From the NCBI GenBank assembly GCA_963674595.2, contig CAXXFV010000003.1:1-64000 (forward strand): DNA of 64,000 nt, given 5' to 3'. The translations under genes were made by a program, and so were the position numbers. This DNA comes from a bacterium (GTDB lineage Bacteria; Zhuqueibacterota; Zhuqueibacteria; Residuimicrobiales; Krinioviventaceae). Below, piece by piece: positions 1-9,500 of the stretch. Position 1 is the first letter of the stretch; every line of letters begins with the position of its first letter. The notes below the pieces were generated by a model that did not search any database, was not told the DNA's origin, and saw nothing but the letters and a program-made list of their open reading frames with translations.

Positions 1-197
1 GCCGATGCCGTAACAGCCGTACCAAATGCAGCCGTAGCAGCGCCGACGGCAACAACAAGAGACTGGTTGATCAATTTTGTCGTATCGTCTACCTGCCCGT
101 TTGCCGTTTTAAGGGCATTTGCAAATTCTGTTGTGCCTGCTATTCCAAGATAGGCGACAATGTCGCCGCTTCCGAACGACCCGGAGAATAAAGACAT
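1..197 (-). CDS. phage tail tape measure protein, N-terminal part (runs off window)
   Basis: ATG at 197 after an AAGG RBS; MSLFSGSFGSGDIVAYLGIAGTTEFANALKTANGQVDDTTKLINQSLVAVGAATAAFG, Ala/Gly-rich; directly follows the tail chaperone pair. Confidence 0.75.
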   Translation of the reverse strand, partial: MSLFSGSFGSGDIVAYLGIAGTTEFANALKTANGQVDDTTKLINQSLVVAVGAATAAFGTAVTAS

Positions 198-205
198 TTA
201 TACCT

Positions 206-562
206 TTATGTTTTATTTAAAAACTTGCTTACCATACTTTTGACCTTCTTTTTTTCATTTTCACTTTTCACGTCCCGAAAGACACTTTTTATATTTTTCT
301 CTTTTGTGAAAATCCGTATGATGACAACGATCAATGCATCAAACAGATTTTCCAATATTCCCGGTAACTGCCTGGTTAAAAACTCTAAAATTACATCTGA
401 TGAGGTTTTAAAGTTTAATGATTCAATCAGTAATAGACGCCGGTCAGTGTGGTTCAAATCTTTCAAAAGCTCAGGATCAAAGGGTCCTCTGTATCCGAAC
501 TTTTCAGCAAGAGCTACCTGGAGTCTGTACTCTGTCCACTCTCCGGCGTCTCTGAGTTTTTT
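206..562 (-). CDS. tail assembly chaperone, frameshifted (GT-like) extension
   Basis: The -1 frame is open from slippery A AAA AAC (562-556) through ORF 206..466 (LRDAGEWTEYRLQVALAEKFGYRGPFDPELLKDLNHTD...). Confidence 0.75.
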   Translation of the reverse strand, partial: KKLRDAGEWTEYRLQVALAEKFGYRGPFDPELLKDLNHTDRRLLLIESLNFKTSSDVILEFLTRQLPGILENLFDALIVVIIRIFTKEKNIKSVFRDVKSENEKKKVKSMVSKFLNKT

Positions 563-1104
563 TCCGTACCGCCGGTCTCATCAGGTTTGATTAATTTTGA
601 CAACTTTATCCAGCTTTCGGTAATTAACGTGATAAGCCGGGTATTGCTTTTCATAATTTGCTTGAGGTATTCTATATCAGCCGTGTTTTTACAAAAGAGC
701 TCACCGGTATCCGCCTCTTTTAACATTTTCGGGATTAATTCAAATATGGTCCGGGTCCGGCTGGAATCATTGGCAAGATAATGCGCCAGAGTTTCCGGTT
801 TTGCCTTATCGAATTCCGCCAACAATGCTTTCTGAATGTCTTCCGGGTTGTTCGCAATTGCTTTTAAATAATCAGCCCTGTCTTTTTGCCATTCATTTTC
901 ATCAACCGGAAATTTGTCCAGACCTTCCAGTTTTAATTCGGCAAGACGTGTTTTATAAATTTTGTTTTGCTCATCCCGGATCGACCAGGCGTCAGGGGCT
1001 GATAACAACACCTGAATACCGTCACTGCCGTTTACCGGGATGGTAAATTCAACCGTATGAATTTTATACTCGTTGGCATTTTTTAATAGTTCAATGGCTC
1101 CCAT
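514..1104 (-). CDS. tail assembly chaperone (G-like)
   Basis: Between tail tube and tape measure; AAGGAG RBS before ATG 1104; slippery heptamer near the 3' end. Confidence 0.7.
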   Translation of the reverse strand: MGAIELLKNANEYKIHTVEFTIPVNGSDGIQVLLSAPDAWSIRDEQNKIYKTRLAELKLEGLDKFPVDENEWQKDRADYLKAIANNPEDIQKALLAEFDKAKPETLAHYLANDSSRTRTIFELIPKMLKEADTGELFCKNTADIEYLKQIMKSNTRLITLITESWIKLSKLIKPDETGGTEKNSETPESGQSTDSR

Positions 1105-1108
1105 TGTG

Positions 1109-1369
1109 TCAATTCTCCTTTTCATATTTTTGTAAAACCGGAAAAATCATCTTTTTCAATTTTAATATCGTTTGTTTGAATTTAAGGGGGTCCACTTTAA
1201 GGCGGCCCCCTTCAAGGTCTTTAATCACGTTGTAATCAACGTTTTTAAAATGAACTGTGGCCCGTGAACCGTATTCTGTTGTCATGGGTTCGATTTTTTC
1301 AGGTTCCAAACCGGTGACAATCATAAGGGCACTGGCCCGATAAAAACAATCTGTTGTATAGTTTTTCAT
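1109..1369 (-). CDS. small phage hypothetical protein (DUF5659-like)
   Basis: 86 aa; Y-x-T-D-x-Y-x-A start and VDP-x2-F-x6-LK C-terminus; lies in the tail operon. Confidence 0.55.
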   Translation of the reverse strand: MKNYTTDCFYRASALMIVTGLEPEKIEPMTTEYGSRATVHFKNVDYNVIKDLEGGRLKVDPLKFKQTILKLKKMIFPVLQKYEKEN

Positions 1370-1399
1370 TCGTTTCCTCTTTCATCTATCATCAATTTA

Positions 1400-2194
1400 T
1401 CAAGCGGCTGCTTTTGCATATAAAACTTCGATAACAGTGCCGTTGGCCGGAGGGGTTGCAAATACAATCTTACCTGTGGAAAAAGAGACGCCTGACTTTT
1501 GCCGTGCACCCTGGGCCGTCGCAGATGACCGGACCTTGACATAAACGATATTATCAAGCAGCCAGTCTTCCCGGCCTCTGTCCGTAACCGTGACCAGGTT
1601 CAGGGGTGTGCCGGAGAGGGTAAATTCAGTCGCCGCCCCGGTGCCGGTGAATTTGTCAAGACAGAGCATGGCACCGGATGCCAGCAAAAACCAGTCATGA
1701 CGGCCATAAAAATTTAAGGTCGCTTCGGCATTCAACATGGGCTGGTTCCAGTTAAAGGGTTTTATGATCACATCCTGTAAACAAACACTGGCAATATGGG
1801 TATTATCCGGTGTCCTTAAAACAGCTTCAAAAGCGGCAATCGGCGTCTGGGGAATGCGGCTTGGCAGGGCATACTCGCCGGTTGCACCCCATGTTTTGCC
1901 AAGTAATCCGGCGATAACCTGACCGAGATAACCGGCTTTGATTTTCATATTCCCGGTAAATCTAAAATTTCTCTCGGATATTAAAGAGTCTTCACCGGCT
2001 CCCTGGTGAAAAACTTCATTGGATTGCTGAGGGGCCATTTCTCCTATTGAAGCATCCTGAATACCGGAAATGTTTACCGGCTGAATATCCGTAGCAACAG
2101 CCGCCCCGATATTAAACATTCTCGTTAATGCATATTGACCGTCAACCATCAGGTCATCATTCAACGCCTCTAAAATTTCATAGATTGAGGCCAT
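1400..2194 (-). CDS. major tail tube protein
   Basis: 264 aa, AAGGAG RBS, canonical position after the tail terminator; beta-rich C-terminal extension (FTGTGAATEFTL...VFATPPANG). Confidence 0.65.
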   Translation of the reverse strand: MASIYEILEALNDDLMVDGQYALTRMFNIGAAVATDIQPVNISGIQDASIGEMAPQQSNEVFHQGAGEDSLISERNFRFTGNMKIKAGYLGQVIAGLLGKTWGATGEYALPSRIPQTPIAAFEAVLRTPDNTHIASVCLQDVIIKPFNWNQPMLNAEATLNFYGRHDWFLLASGAMLCLDKFTGTGAATEFTLSGTPLNLVTVTDRGREDWLLDNIVYVKVRSSATAQGARQKSGVSFSTGKIVFATPPANGTVIEVLYAKAAA

Positions 2195-2219
2195 AGTTAC
2201 TCCTTTGTTAAATTAAATG

Positions 2220-2711
2220 TCACGTTTTGATATATAAATCGAATTCATACCGAAATTCGTCTTTGTCCTTTGTAAATACCTCTCGCGGGCCTTGAAGTTC
2301 AAGCAGCTTGATACCCATATCAGACATTTTTTTGCCTGTATAGTTTGTAAGCCCAAGCGTGATATTAAAAGCCACGTCGTTGATTTCTTCTTTTTTCTCC
2401 ACGATCTTGAATAGCTGGGAGGAAATAATATTGATCTCCTCAGTCCCGCCGGTTTTACGGTCATCCCAGGCACCGATGGTACAGCGCCAGATTCTATTGG
2501 CCCTGCCGCCCTGGTGCGCGATCTTATCAACAAGCACCGGCTTTTCAAAATAAATCACCGGTTTTTCAAATTGATCAAGGACCTCCTGCAGGGGATAGGC
2601 TTCTACATATTCCCAGGCATCCCAGGGTGAAGCATCTGACAATTTCCGAAAAAACGTCAAAAGCGTTTTTTGGATATCGTCCAGTAAATGGGTTTCACGT
2701 ATCAGGCTCAT
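2220..2711 (-). CDS. tail terminator/completion protein
   Basis: Synteny and size (163 aa); overlaps the upstream gene (ATGA). Confidence 0.5.
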   Translation of the reverse strand: MSLIRETHLLDDIQKTLLTFFRKLSDASPWDAWEYVEAYPLQEVLDQFEKPVIYFEKPVLVDKIAHQGGRANRIWRCTIGAWDDRKTGGTEEINIISSQLFKIVEKKEEINDVAFNITLGLTNYTGKKMSDMGIKLLELQGPREVFTKDKDEFRYEFDLYIKT

Positions 2712-3139
2712 TGTCCCGCGTTCCTTATTTCGCTCATAACTTCATTCTCAAAATAGTTTCTAATTTCTTTCGATTTGCTGTCAACAGCGTCCTTGATAAA
2801 ACGCCTCGGCTTTTGAGAGTTTGCTCCGTCATGCACAAACACATTATGCGGCGCTTTTTTGTTTGAGCTGTAAATGGCTCCCATTTCCGGGTTCCGCTTG
2901 TCATAAGACATTTGAACGGAACCGGCCAGATCAGCCGTAACTCTCGGCACCGGCATTTCTCCTGTGCCCGGCCCACGCGTACCCGGTTTGTAATGCGGAC
3001 CGGATACGTTTTGAATGACTTCCTGATGCAGCACATCCAGACCGTATTCCACAACCCTGGGAACGACTTTTAACAGTACGGCATTTACATCGTTTGATTT
3101 TTTAAACCAGCCGCTTGTATCGACATATCTCTCAGGCAT
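2708..3139 (-). CDS. HK97 gp10-like neck/tail completion protein
   Basis: P-x2-T-x2-L-x2-S and HNVFVHDG...KPRRFIKDA motifs typical of HK97 gp10. Confidence 0.7.
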   Translation of the reverse strand: MPERYVDTSGWFKKSNDVNAVLLKVVPRVVEYGLDVLHQEVIQNVSGPHYKPGTRGPGTGEMPVPRVTADLAGSVQMSYDKRNPEMGAIYSSNKKAPHNVFVHDGANSQKPRRFIKDAVDSKSKEIRNYFENEVMSEIRNAGQ

Positions 3140-3612
3140 TATTCGGATCTCCGTAAAAAAGCCAGTTGCCCGATGAGTCCGTCGGTCGTTAAATCATAAA
3201 AGTGTTTGATATAACAGGCATAGTTGTAAACGGACGGGGTCACTTTAAAAAGCTCAAGGTTGATAATGTTTAAGTTAAAAAATGAACAATCAGCCAGGTT
3301 CACCGCTCCGATCATGGCCAGGTCATCTTTTTTAATGTCACCGATGATACTTTTCAGGTCTTTGGATTCCAGCAATGTGTTGACAGCCGCCTTTAAAGGC
3401 ATAAACCGGGCTTTAATATGAAAAGTGACGGGTGTTGTATTTATCAATTTTGTCCCGTTACAGTTTGCAGCAGACGGATACAACCGGTGCCATTCCGCAC
3501 TGTAGGTGCCGCGTTCAACGGTACAGGGGCATGTTGTCCCTGTTGTGCCGGTAACGACTGCAGCCTGGCCGCTCATAAAAAGATCACTGATAAAAACATC
3601 CTGGTCCGTCAT
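3139..3612 (-). CDS. head closure / head-tail joining protein
   Basis: Synteny; N-terminal CPC...C motif seen in such proteins. Confidence 0.5.
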   Translation of the reverse strand: MTDQDVFISDLFMSGQAAVVTGTTGTTCPCTVERGTYSAEWHRLYPSAANCNGTKLINTTPVTFHIKARFMPLKAAVNTLLESKDLKSIIGDIKKDDLAMIGAVNLADCSFFNLNIINLELFKVTPSVYNYACYIKHFYDLTTDGLIGQLAFLRRSE

Positions 3613-3614
3613 TG

Positions 3615-4070
3615 TTACAACTCGAAAACTGTTTTGTTATTGGTTAAAACCTGACCTGTTAAACTGTAATCATCCCCGCCCGCAGATGTAAAATACATCT
3701 GTTGCAACGGGATACCCAGCTCGGACAGACAGTCTTTCCACTCCTGTTCCAAAAGCAATGCAATCCGTTCCAAATCAGAAGCTTTGACATTTTTGATCTT
3801 GATGGGTCCGGTCTCAGAGTCCCCTCTTGGAGGAGCGGCGACAATCTTTTGAGCGACAAAAGCAATCTCTGCCGTTTTGGCAATGATTTGATCGCCTGCG
3901 TTTAATCCGCTGAATGTCTGTGATTTTCTGCCCAGCATCTTGTCGATCCACTGATCGGCAAAGGGAATAAAAGCAACCGAATTCAGCAAAGCGTCTGAAA
4001 CCTCAATAACGGCCATTGTCCGCAACCGGAACCGAACTTCATCGGGAGTTATGTTATAACTGTCAGCCAT
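3615..4070 (-). CDS. head-tail adaptor protein
   Basis: ITPDEVR...VSDALL N-terminus; position after capsid. Confidence 0.55.
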   Translation of the reverse strand: MADSYNITPDEVRFRLRTMAVIEVSDALLNSVAFIPFADQWIDKMLGRKSQTFSGLNAGDQIIAKTAEIAFVAQKIVAAPPRGDSETGPIKIKNVKASDLERIALLLEQEWKDCLSELGIPLQQMYFTSAGGDDYSLTGQVLTNNKTVFEL

Positions 4071-4072
4071 TG

Positions 4073-4402
4073 TTATTTTTTAGTGTTTGCCGTTGGTGTG
4101 GTTTTTGGCTGATTAGAATTTGCGTTTGGACCGGGCGCTGTCTTTGGCTGATTAGAATTCGCATTTGGACCGGGTGCTGTCTTTGGCTGAACAGGATTTT
4201 CAACCTTATCTTTTTCCGGGTCACCGGCAGCCGTCAGCTTGCCGTCAATAATCAGTTTCATCCAGAACCCGGTCTCCGGGACTTTGTAAACCTTGTCAGG
4301 CTCTTTTTTAAAAGCGGTCCTGGAAACATCGAGCGTAAAACCGTTCTCATCTGTTCGCCAGATAGGTTCCTTCACTCTGACAGGTATCATTTTATTTGCC
4401 AT
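4073..4402 (-). CDS. phage hypothetical protein with low-complexity repeat tail
   Basis: GGAG RBS; QPKTAPGPNANSN twice. Confidence 0.6.
   Translation of the reverse strand: MANKMIPVRVKEPIWRTDENGFTLDVSRTAFKKEPDKVYKVPETGFWMKLIIDGKLTAAGDPEKDKVENPVQPKTAPGPNANSNQPKTAPGPNANSNQPKTTPTANTKK
4104..4190. repeat. 39-bp tandem repeat, about 2.2 copies
   Basis: tttggctg recurs at 4104, 4143 and 4182 with near-identical units. Confidence 0.9.
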
Positions 4403-4448
4403 GTTTTATTACTCCAATTAAGCAGTTACTTACTCGTAAAAAGTTTCA

Positions 4449-4468
4449 CCCGCTTCATGAGAAGCGGG
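4449..4468 (-). terminator. hairpin downstream of major capsid gene
   Basis: CCCGCTTC-atga-GAAGCGGG stem-loop just after the capsid stop. Confidence 0.55.
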
Positions 4469-4477
4469 GTTTATAAA

Positions 4478-5599
4478 TTAATGTTCAATATCAAGACAGC
4501 CGATTCCGTCGGAATCGTTGATATTAAAATGAGATCGTTTCGAGACTGTAGACAAAACTTTTTGTTTGGTGATGATCTTGTCCATTTCGGTCATGTTCAT
4601 GGTATCATTGGTGATATAGGAAACAGTAGATGAGGAATCCACACCGATAAAACGGTCTGCGGTCACAACATCTTCATCCCAGTCCTTACCAACCGGCAGT
4701 TTCATTCCGGTCATGCCCCATTGAGCAGACGGGTTCTGCATATTTGAAAGGGTGTCCCAAAATTCCTGCATATAGGCTTTACGGCCTACAAAAACATCGA
4801 GTTCATATCCGGATGGCAGCACAGATGCCAGTTTGATAATATCTTTCTTTTCAATCGAACCGGATGTTACAGTCGTGTCGGTATTTGCCGCTTTTAATCC
4901 GTTTCCGTTGCCGTCACCATTCTGTAAGATGTAAATGAGGTCGTTGGTCTCATCGACGCCGATCTGTCGGCCAATCCGGTCCAGAGTCATTCCATACAAA
5001 TTCAAAGGACTCAGGTAATAGACTTCATAGTCAAACTCGATACCGATGGCATATTTATCCAATGAAACGTTTTGTTTACCGGCTTTAACACGTTTGATCG
5101 GAATGTCCTCATCCCGGTTGACTCTTGATGTCCGGCGGTCCCCTTCGGTATCTTCAAGGTAAATGGACTTGTAATCCAACGCATCAATGGATACCATATT
5201 GGCGACAAAATCCGGATAAAGAGCATTTCGGATGGACCCGGCAAAGATGGTATTGGCAACAAATTCCAGAAACAGAATACTGTTGCTGCTTACTTCAAAA
5301 AACTTGCCGACCAGGTCTGTTTTATCACCATAGGCCCGAATACCCGACATCTCAAGCGCCATTTCAAAAGCATTTTTTGGAATCGGCTGGTTGCTTTTTA
5401 CAAGCTGCCGTCTGTATTTGATCATCTCAAACTTTGACATGCCCTTGTAAATGGTTGGTTCAATGCCCTTTTCTTCAAAATAATCTTCAAGCCAGGCTGT
5501 AAAGGATTTTCCTTTATTAGCGGCTTCATCAAACATCCCTTTCTCAAATTTTAGTTTGACATCAGGAAGTTTTTGTTTTTGTGTATTTATAAAAATCAT
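4478..5599 (-). CDS. major capsid protein (HK97 fold)
   Basis: 373 aa; V-x-L-x-KY-x-I-x-I-E-x-x-YE and RIGRQIG-x-DE patterns; follows protease and decoration genes. Confidence 0.85.
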   Translation of the reverse strand: MIFINTQKQKLPDVKLKFEKGMFDEAANKGKSFTAWLEDYFEEKGIEPTIYKGMSKFEMIKYRRQLVKSNQPIPKNAFEMALEMSGIRAYGDKTDLVGKFFEVSSNSILFLEFVANTIFAGSIRNALYPDFVANMVSIDALDYKSIYLEDTEGDRRTSRVNRDEDIPIKRVKAGKQNVSLDKYAIGIEFDYEVYYLSPLNLYGMTLDRIGRQIGVDETNDLIYILQNGDGNGNGLKAANTDTTVTSGSIEKKDIIKLASVLPSGYELDVFVGRKAYMQEFWDTLSNMQNPSAQWGMTGMKLPVGKDWDEDVVTADRFIGVDSSSTVSYITNDTMNMTEMDKIITKQKVLSTVSKRSHFNINDSDGIGCLDIEH

Positions 5600-5653
5600 T
5601 GTGTCCTCATGTTAATGAATGAATTGTGTACATGTATTTATCACACAGAGCGA

Positions 5654-6109
5654 TCAAAGTAAAATGTCGGCGTACCCTGAAGCCGGTACATCAACAGCCA
5701 GCACTTTACCGAATCCGCCAGTTGTGCCGTCATCAACCGCTTTCGCTGTTGAACCGTTGATAATGACCGTGTCACCAAGAGCAATGGTGCCGCTATAGGG
5801 TTTGTTTCGGATGCGTGTGGCCGGGTAACGGTTGCCGTTCTGATCGGCAAAGGTCTCCAGGTCAATGGTTAAATGATAGGTGTTGTAATTATCATTCTCA
5901 TAGGCTACGATCTGACCGTCCGGTATAGCATCATTGGCTGCCAGTCCGACCGTGTAAGCGGCTGAGGTGTCTATGCTGACATGAGTGCCCTCAACCTTTG
6001 AACCTGCATTGATCAGAGAAGTAATATGTGTAATCAAAGCGGAGTTTGGTTTAAAACCGATTCGCAACGAGTGTCCCCGGTCACCACCTCCGTAACTTCT
6101 GCGTCCCAT
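5654..6109 (-). CDS. capsid decoration/cement protein
   Basis: 151 aa, Gly/Ala-rich, between scaffold and capsid; AGGAG RBS. Confidence 0.55.
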   Translation of the reverse strand: MGRRSYGGGDRGHSLRIGFKPNSALITHITSLINAGSKVEGTHVSIDTSAAYTVGLAANDAIPDGQIVAYENDNYNTYHLTIDLETFADQNGNRYPATRIRNKPYSGTIALGDTVIINGSTAKAVDDGTTGGFGKVLAVDVPASGYADILL

Positions 6110-6159
6110 TTAAATATCTCCTAAAAAATTAATCGTTAATAAATTCTCACTTGGTCCGG

Positions 6160-7452
6160 TTATATGACCGGGGCCATATATCTGTCTATGGCTTCTTTTT
6201 TCGGCTCTTTTTCATCACCGTTCTTAGTATCGGTATTGTCCGGCAATTGACCCGAGTTCGGATGTTTTTCGTTAAAGACCTTTAAATAGTCGGTAATCCG
6301 GTCGTTCAGCTCATCGATGCTGAATTTCTGGAACATGGCTTTCCGCTCTTCCAGTTTATCATCCTCGATCATCCCGGACAACTTGCCGATCTTTAAAGCA
6401 TCCTGTACTTTTTCAGCATGGTAATCTTCAGCTTGCTTTTTTAAAGTTTTAGTTTGTTCAACTGATATATTTTCATTGCCCAAAGCTTCTTTAAAAGCTT
6501 TCAGGTTATTTTCAACGGTTTCTTTGGCTGTTGCGGCATCTGATACATCTTGAGAAAGATCAGATATTTTCTTCTCAACAGCCGTCTCAATTTCTTTTAT
6601 TACACTTTCTATGTTTTCCTCGGACACTTGTTTTGCAAGGCCCAGTGATTTGATTTGAATCAGTGCCATTCTGGTCTCCTGTTTTATGTGTGAATCATGT
6701 CTGACATCCTGTATATCTTTCATAAAGGGCGAGTCGAAAATCTCTTTTCGTTTATCTTCAGGTAACTGCCCTACAAATTTTAAAAATGAGGGGTCTATCT
6801 TTTTAACGGCTTCAGCTCCATATTGTGCACCCAGGAATACAAAAGACCCCTCTAACGCTTCTGCTTCCCATTCGTCCGTATTTTGATATTCGGCCCAGAG
6901 AAGCTTTTCGTTCATGTCGCGTATTGCCATGCGTGCCGGAGCATTAAAGCCGATGGAAACGTGTTTAATAATGCCTGCATCTATCTTGTCAATGTCCTCA
7001 TGACTGGAAAGGAAATAACAGGTCGGTACGAGAAAATATAAACCGCCATCCATTTCCTGAACTTTTTCCAGCATTTGTTTGAATTTCCTGTATGGAACAT
7101 TGCCGACTAACGCCAGTACCTCGTCGACGGTCAATTTTTCCAAACGGGATTTATAAAAAGTACCTTCACCCGGAGGTCCCCACCAGTGGCCATAAAGAAC
7201 CGATTTGCCGGAGATGGTATTGTTAAAACTCTTTAAAACCGGAAGTGAAAACCGCTCACCATCCCGGTCACGAAAGTTATTGGCCAGCCACAGGTCATAG
7301 GTTTTAAAATTCTCTTTTTGCCACCGATCAGGATTGGGCATGCCTTTTTTCATCAAATCAAAATCATTGTCAATCAACTCAACGGATTTGATGGATATGT
7401 CCCGCAGGACCTTTTCCAGTTTTTCACCTTCTTTAAAATGTGTATCTTGCAT
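6160..7452 (-). CDS. prohead protease fused to coiled-coil scaffold
   Basis: DRDGERF, GH-x-W, VSIGF, EGSFVFLGAQ protease motifs, then a charged coiled coil; likely ATG 7452. Confidence 0.8.
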   Translation of the reverse strand: MQDTHFKEGEKLEKVLRDISIKSVELIDNDFDLMKKGMPNPDRWQKENFKTYDLWLANNFRDRDGERFSLPVLKSFNNTISGKSVLYGHWWGPPGEGTFYKSRLEKLTVDEVLALVGNVPYRKFKQMLEKVQEMDGGLYFLVPTCYFLSSHEDIDKIDAGIIKHVSIGFNAPARMAIRDMNEKLLWAEYQNTDEWEAEALEGSFVFLGAQYGAEAVKKIDPSFLKFVGQLPEDKRKEIFDSPFMKDIQDVRHDSHIKQETRMALIQIKSLGLAKQVSEENIESVIKEIETAVEKKISDLSQDVSDAATAKETVENNLKAFKEALGNENISVEQTKTLKKQAEDYHAEKVQDALKIGKLSGMIEDDKLEERKAMFQKFSIDELNDRITDYLKVFNEKHPNSGQLPDNTDTKNGDEKEPKKEAIDRYMAPVI

Positions 7453-7474
7453 AATGCCCTCAATACCTGATGAA

Positions 7475-7771
7475 TTATTTACCAAAAATGCTGTCAACAA
7501 AAGCATTCAACCGGCGCAGCCATTTGACACGGCAATAGACCAGACCATAAAGCCGGTGTAGCGGACTCTTGTAATCGGGATGTGATCTGCCTTTGATGTG
7601 CTGGTAAAAATCATCAATAAAAATAAACAAGCCGGCAGTTCCGGTCAAAACCGGACAAAACCAGTGATCAGCAAACCAGATCATGACAAAACCGATATAA
7701 AGAATCAAAAGGCCCAAATAGCCGTGATGAAAGCCTTTCATGGAATGATTGTAATGGTCTTTGTCCGCCAT
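7475..7771 (-). CDS. small membrane protein
   Basis: HHGYLGLLIL...IFIDDFYQH, two TM segments. Confidence 0.55.
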   Translation of the reverse strand: MADKDHYNHSMKGFHHGYLGLLILYIGFVMIWFADHWFCPVLTGTAGLFIFIDDFYQHIKGRSHPDYKSPLHRLYGLVYCRVKWLRRLNAFVDSIFGK

Positions 7772-7981
7772 TTACTTTTTTCCCTGATATTTTTGTCCTT
7801 TAAAATGCGAATCCTGAGATTCACTTTCCTTGACATCTCCAATATTCACGGTGAACTTGCCGCCAGCCGCTTTTTCAGCCTGGTCCTTTTTCTTTTTCAT
7901 TGTTTTGAATATCTTTTGCGGATCATCACGTCTCCCGTATACAAAAGAGATCCCGGTTTCTTTATCGTAATATGTCGGCAT
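7772..7981 (-). CDS. hypothetical phage protein
   Basis: GGAG RBS; abuts the next gene. Confidence 0.5.
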   Translation of the reverse strand: MPTYYDKETGISFVYGRRDDPQKIFKTMKKKKDQAEKAAGGKFTVNIGDVKESESQDSHFKGQKYQGKK

Positions 7982-8004
7982 ATCTAAACTCCATATTTAA
8001 ATGA

Positions 8005-8397
8005 TTACTGTTTGGCCAGTTCTGCCTTGATCTCATCCAAAGCTTTAAAAATACTTTCCAGTTGATTGTTTATGACCGGTATGGACTCGATCACGGTATC
8101 ATGTTTTTCAAGTTCTTTCATCAAACTCTGAAAACGATTGTCCGTGATCTTTTGCCTCAATTCCAGTTTGGTCGACTTTATATGTAAATTCTGAATCTTA
8201 TCCTTGTTCTCATCGACGTCTTTTCTTAAAGAGGCATGGTCGGCAACGATGGTGTTGTGAAGCGTGCAGGGTTCGCCAGGTTTTTGCCCTTTTTGATTGA
8301 GAAAAATATCTGAAAAAACCTTGATCGCATACAAAACCACAAGCGCTCCAATCAAAAAACCATTACCACCGGAAGCAATTTTCAACAGTTCATCCAT
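8005..8397 (-). CDS. N-terminal TM plus coiled-coil protein (holin/XhlA-like)
   Basis: GFLIGALVVLYAI TM segment then coiled coil; start overlaps the upstream stop. Confidence 0.5.
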   Translation of the reverse strand: MDELLKIASGGNGFLIGALVVLYAIKVFSDIFLNQKGQKPGEPCTLHNTIVADHASLRKDVDENKDKIQNLHIKSTKLELRQKITDNRFQSLMKELEKHDTVIESIPVINNQLESIFKALDEIKAELAKQ

Positions 8398-9500
8398 TAG
8401 GCGGCTCGCCTCAAATTTTCCCGGATTCGTAAAACATCATCGGCTGTGTATCGTTGTTCATAGGGGCTCGGTTCTGCCCAGGCTGGTTGAACAGGCTTTT
8501 CAGTATTAAACTTTGGTACTCTTACGCACAGACAATGAGGGTGTGTACCTGAAACCGGTTGTGGTCCTTCACCCAGTATCCACACATGACCGTTTAAAGC
8601 CGAACAAATCGGACAGGCATTCGCCGCAGAACTCCATTGTTCATATCGAACACCGGAGGCCCTGCTCTGAATATCAAAAGCAGAGTTCATGGACAAGACA
8701 CTCTCGGACCGGGAAAACCTGAGCCAGTACCAGGATTGTCCTTCGCCGACGGCTTTATGTAAAAACCGACCAGCCCTTAAGGAACTGACGCCCTCTTTTG
8801 TCATGGAGCGTAGTTCTTTTAAAACCTCATCAAGGTAAGGCCCGCTTAAACGATCAATAACCCGCTTTTCCAGTCGTTTATAAAATCCCTGGGAATACAT
8901 ATCATCAAAAGAGGGTACGATTTTATATTTTGCAAAATCCTCAGGATCAACAGCGTCCGGTAATTCATCCAGAATATCAGACCAGGTTTTATCAATGCCG
9001 ATGTTAAAAGACTGGTAAGCAAAGGTTGAACAGATCGCCACATCTTCCGGACTGGCCTCTTTAATAGAAGCTTCACCGCCGATCAGGTCCTTTTTCCATT
9101 CACCCAGGATTCTTTTATATCCCTTGACCTTTGCCGGGGTCAGTTCAAAGGGTCTGCCTTCAAGGACTTCTTCACCTTGTAAGGACCGTCGGATATCTTC
9201 AATATCCGGTAATCCGAACAGTTCGATCATATCTTTTTCATATTCGGTCGTTTTATGAATCAGGTTGGTGAAAAAATCTTTCTGGACCGTCCGCATGGAA
9301 CGCAGGCGATGTTCACGGGCGGAAAGATCAAGTTCAATCAAGGATGGTGTTTCAACTTTTACAGCCGGATAATACCCGAAACAACTGGAACACTCTTTTT
9401 CAGGGGGAACCGTACCAAGTAATAAAGATCGGGCGTGGTAATCGCTTTCAATTTTAAAATCTTTTAACGAGATAATATTGCTGACACCAGAGTACGCCAA
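8397..9500 (-). CDS. phage minor head / head morphogenesis protein (SPP1 gp7 / Mu F-like)
   Basis: C-terminal ACPIC-x2-LNG...HPHCLC motif; directly after portal. Confidence 0.8.
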   Translation of the reverse strand: MAYSGVSNIISLKDFKIESDYHARSLLLGTVPPEKECSSCFGYYPAVKVETPSLIELDLSAREHRLRSMRTVQKDFFTNLIHKTTEYEKDMIELFGLPDIEDIRRSLQGEEVLEGRPFELTPAKVKGYKRILGEWKKDLIGGEASIKEASPEDVAICSTFAYQSFNIGIDKTWSDILDELPDAVDPEDFAKYKIVPSFDDMYSQGFYKRLEKRVIDRLSGPYLDEVLKELRSMTKEGVSSLRAGRFLHKAVGEGQSWYWLRFSRSESVLSMNSAFDIQSRASGVRYEQWSSAANACPICSALNGHVWILGEGPQPVSGTHPHCLCVRVPKFNTEKPVQPAWAEPSPYEQRYTADDVLRIRENLRRAA

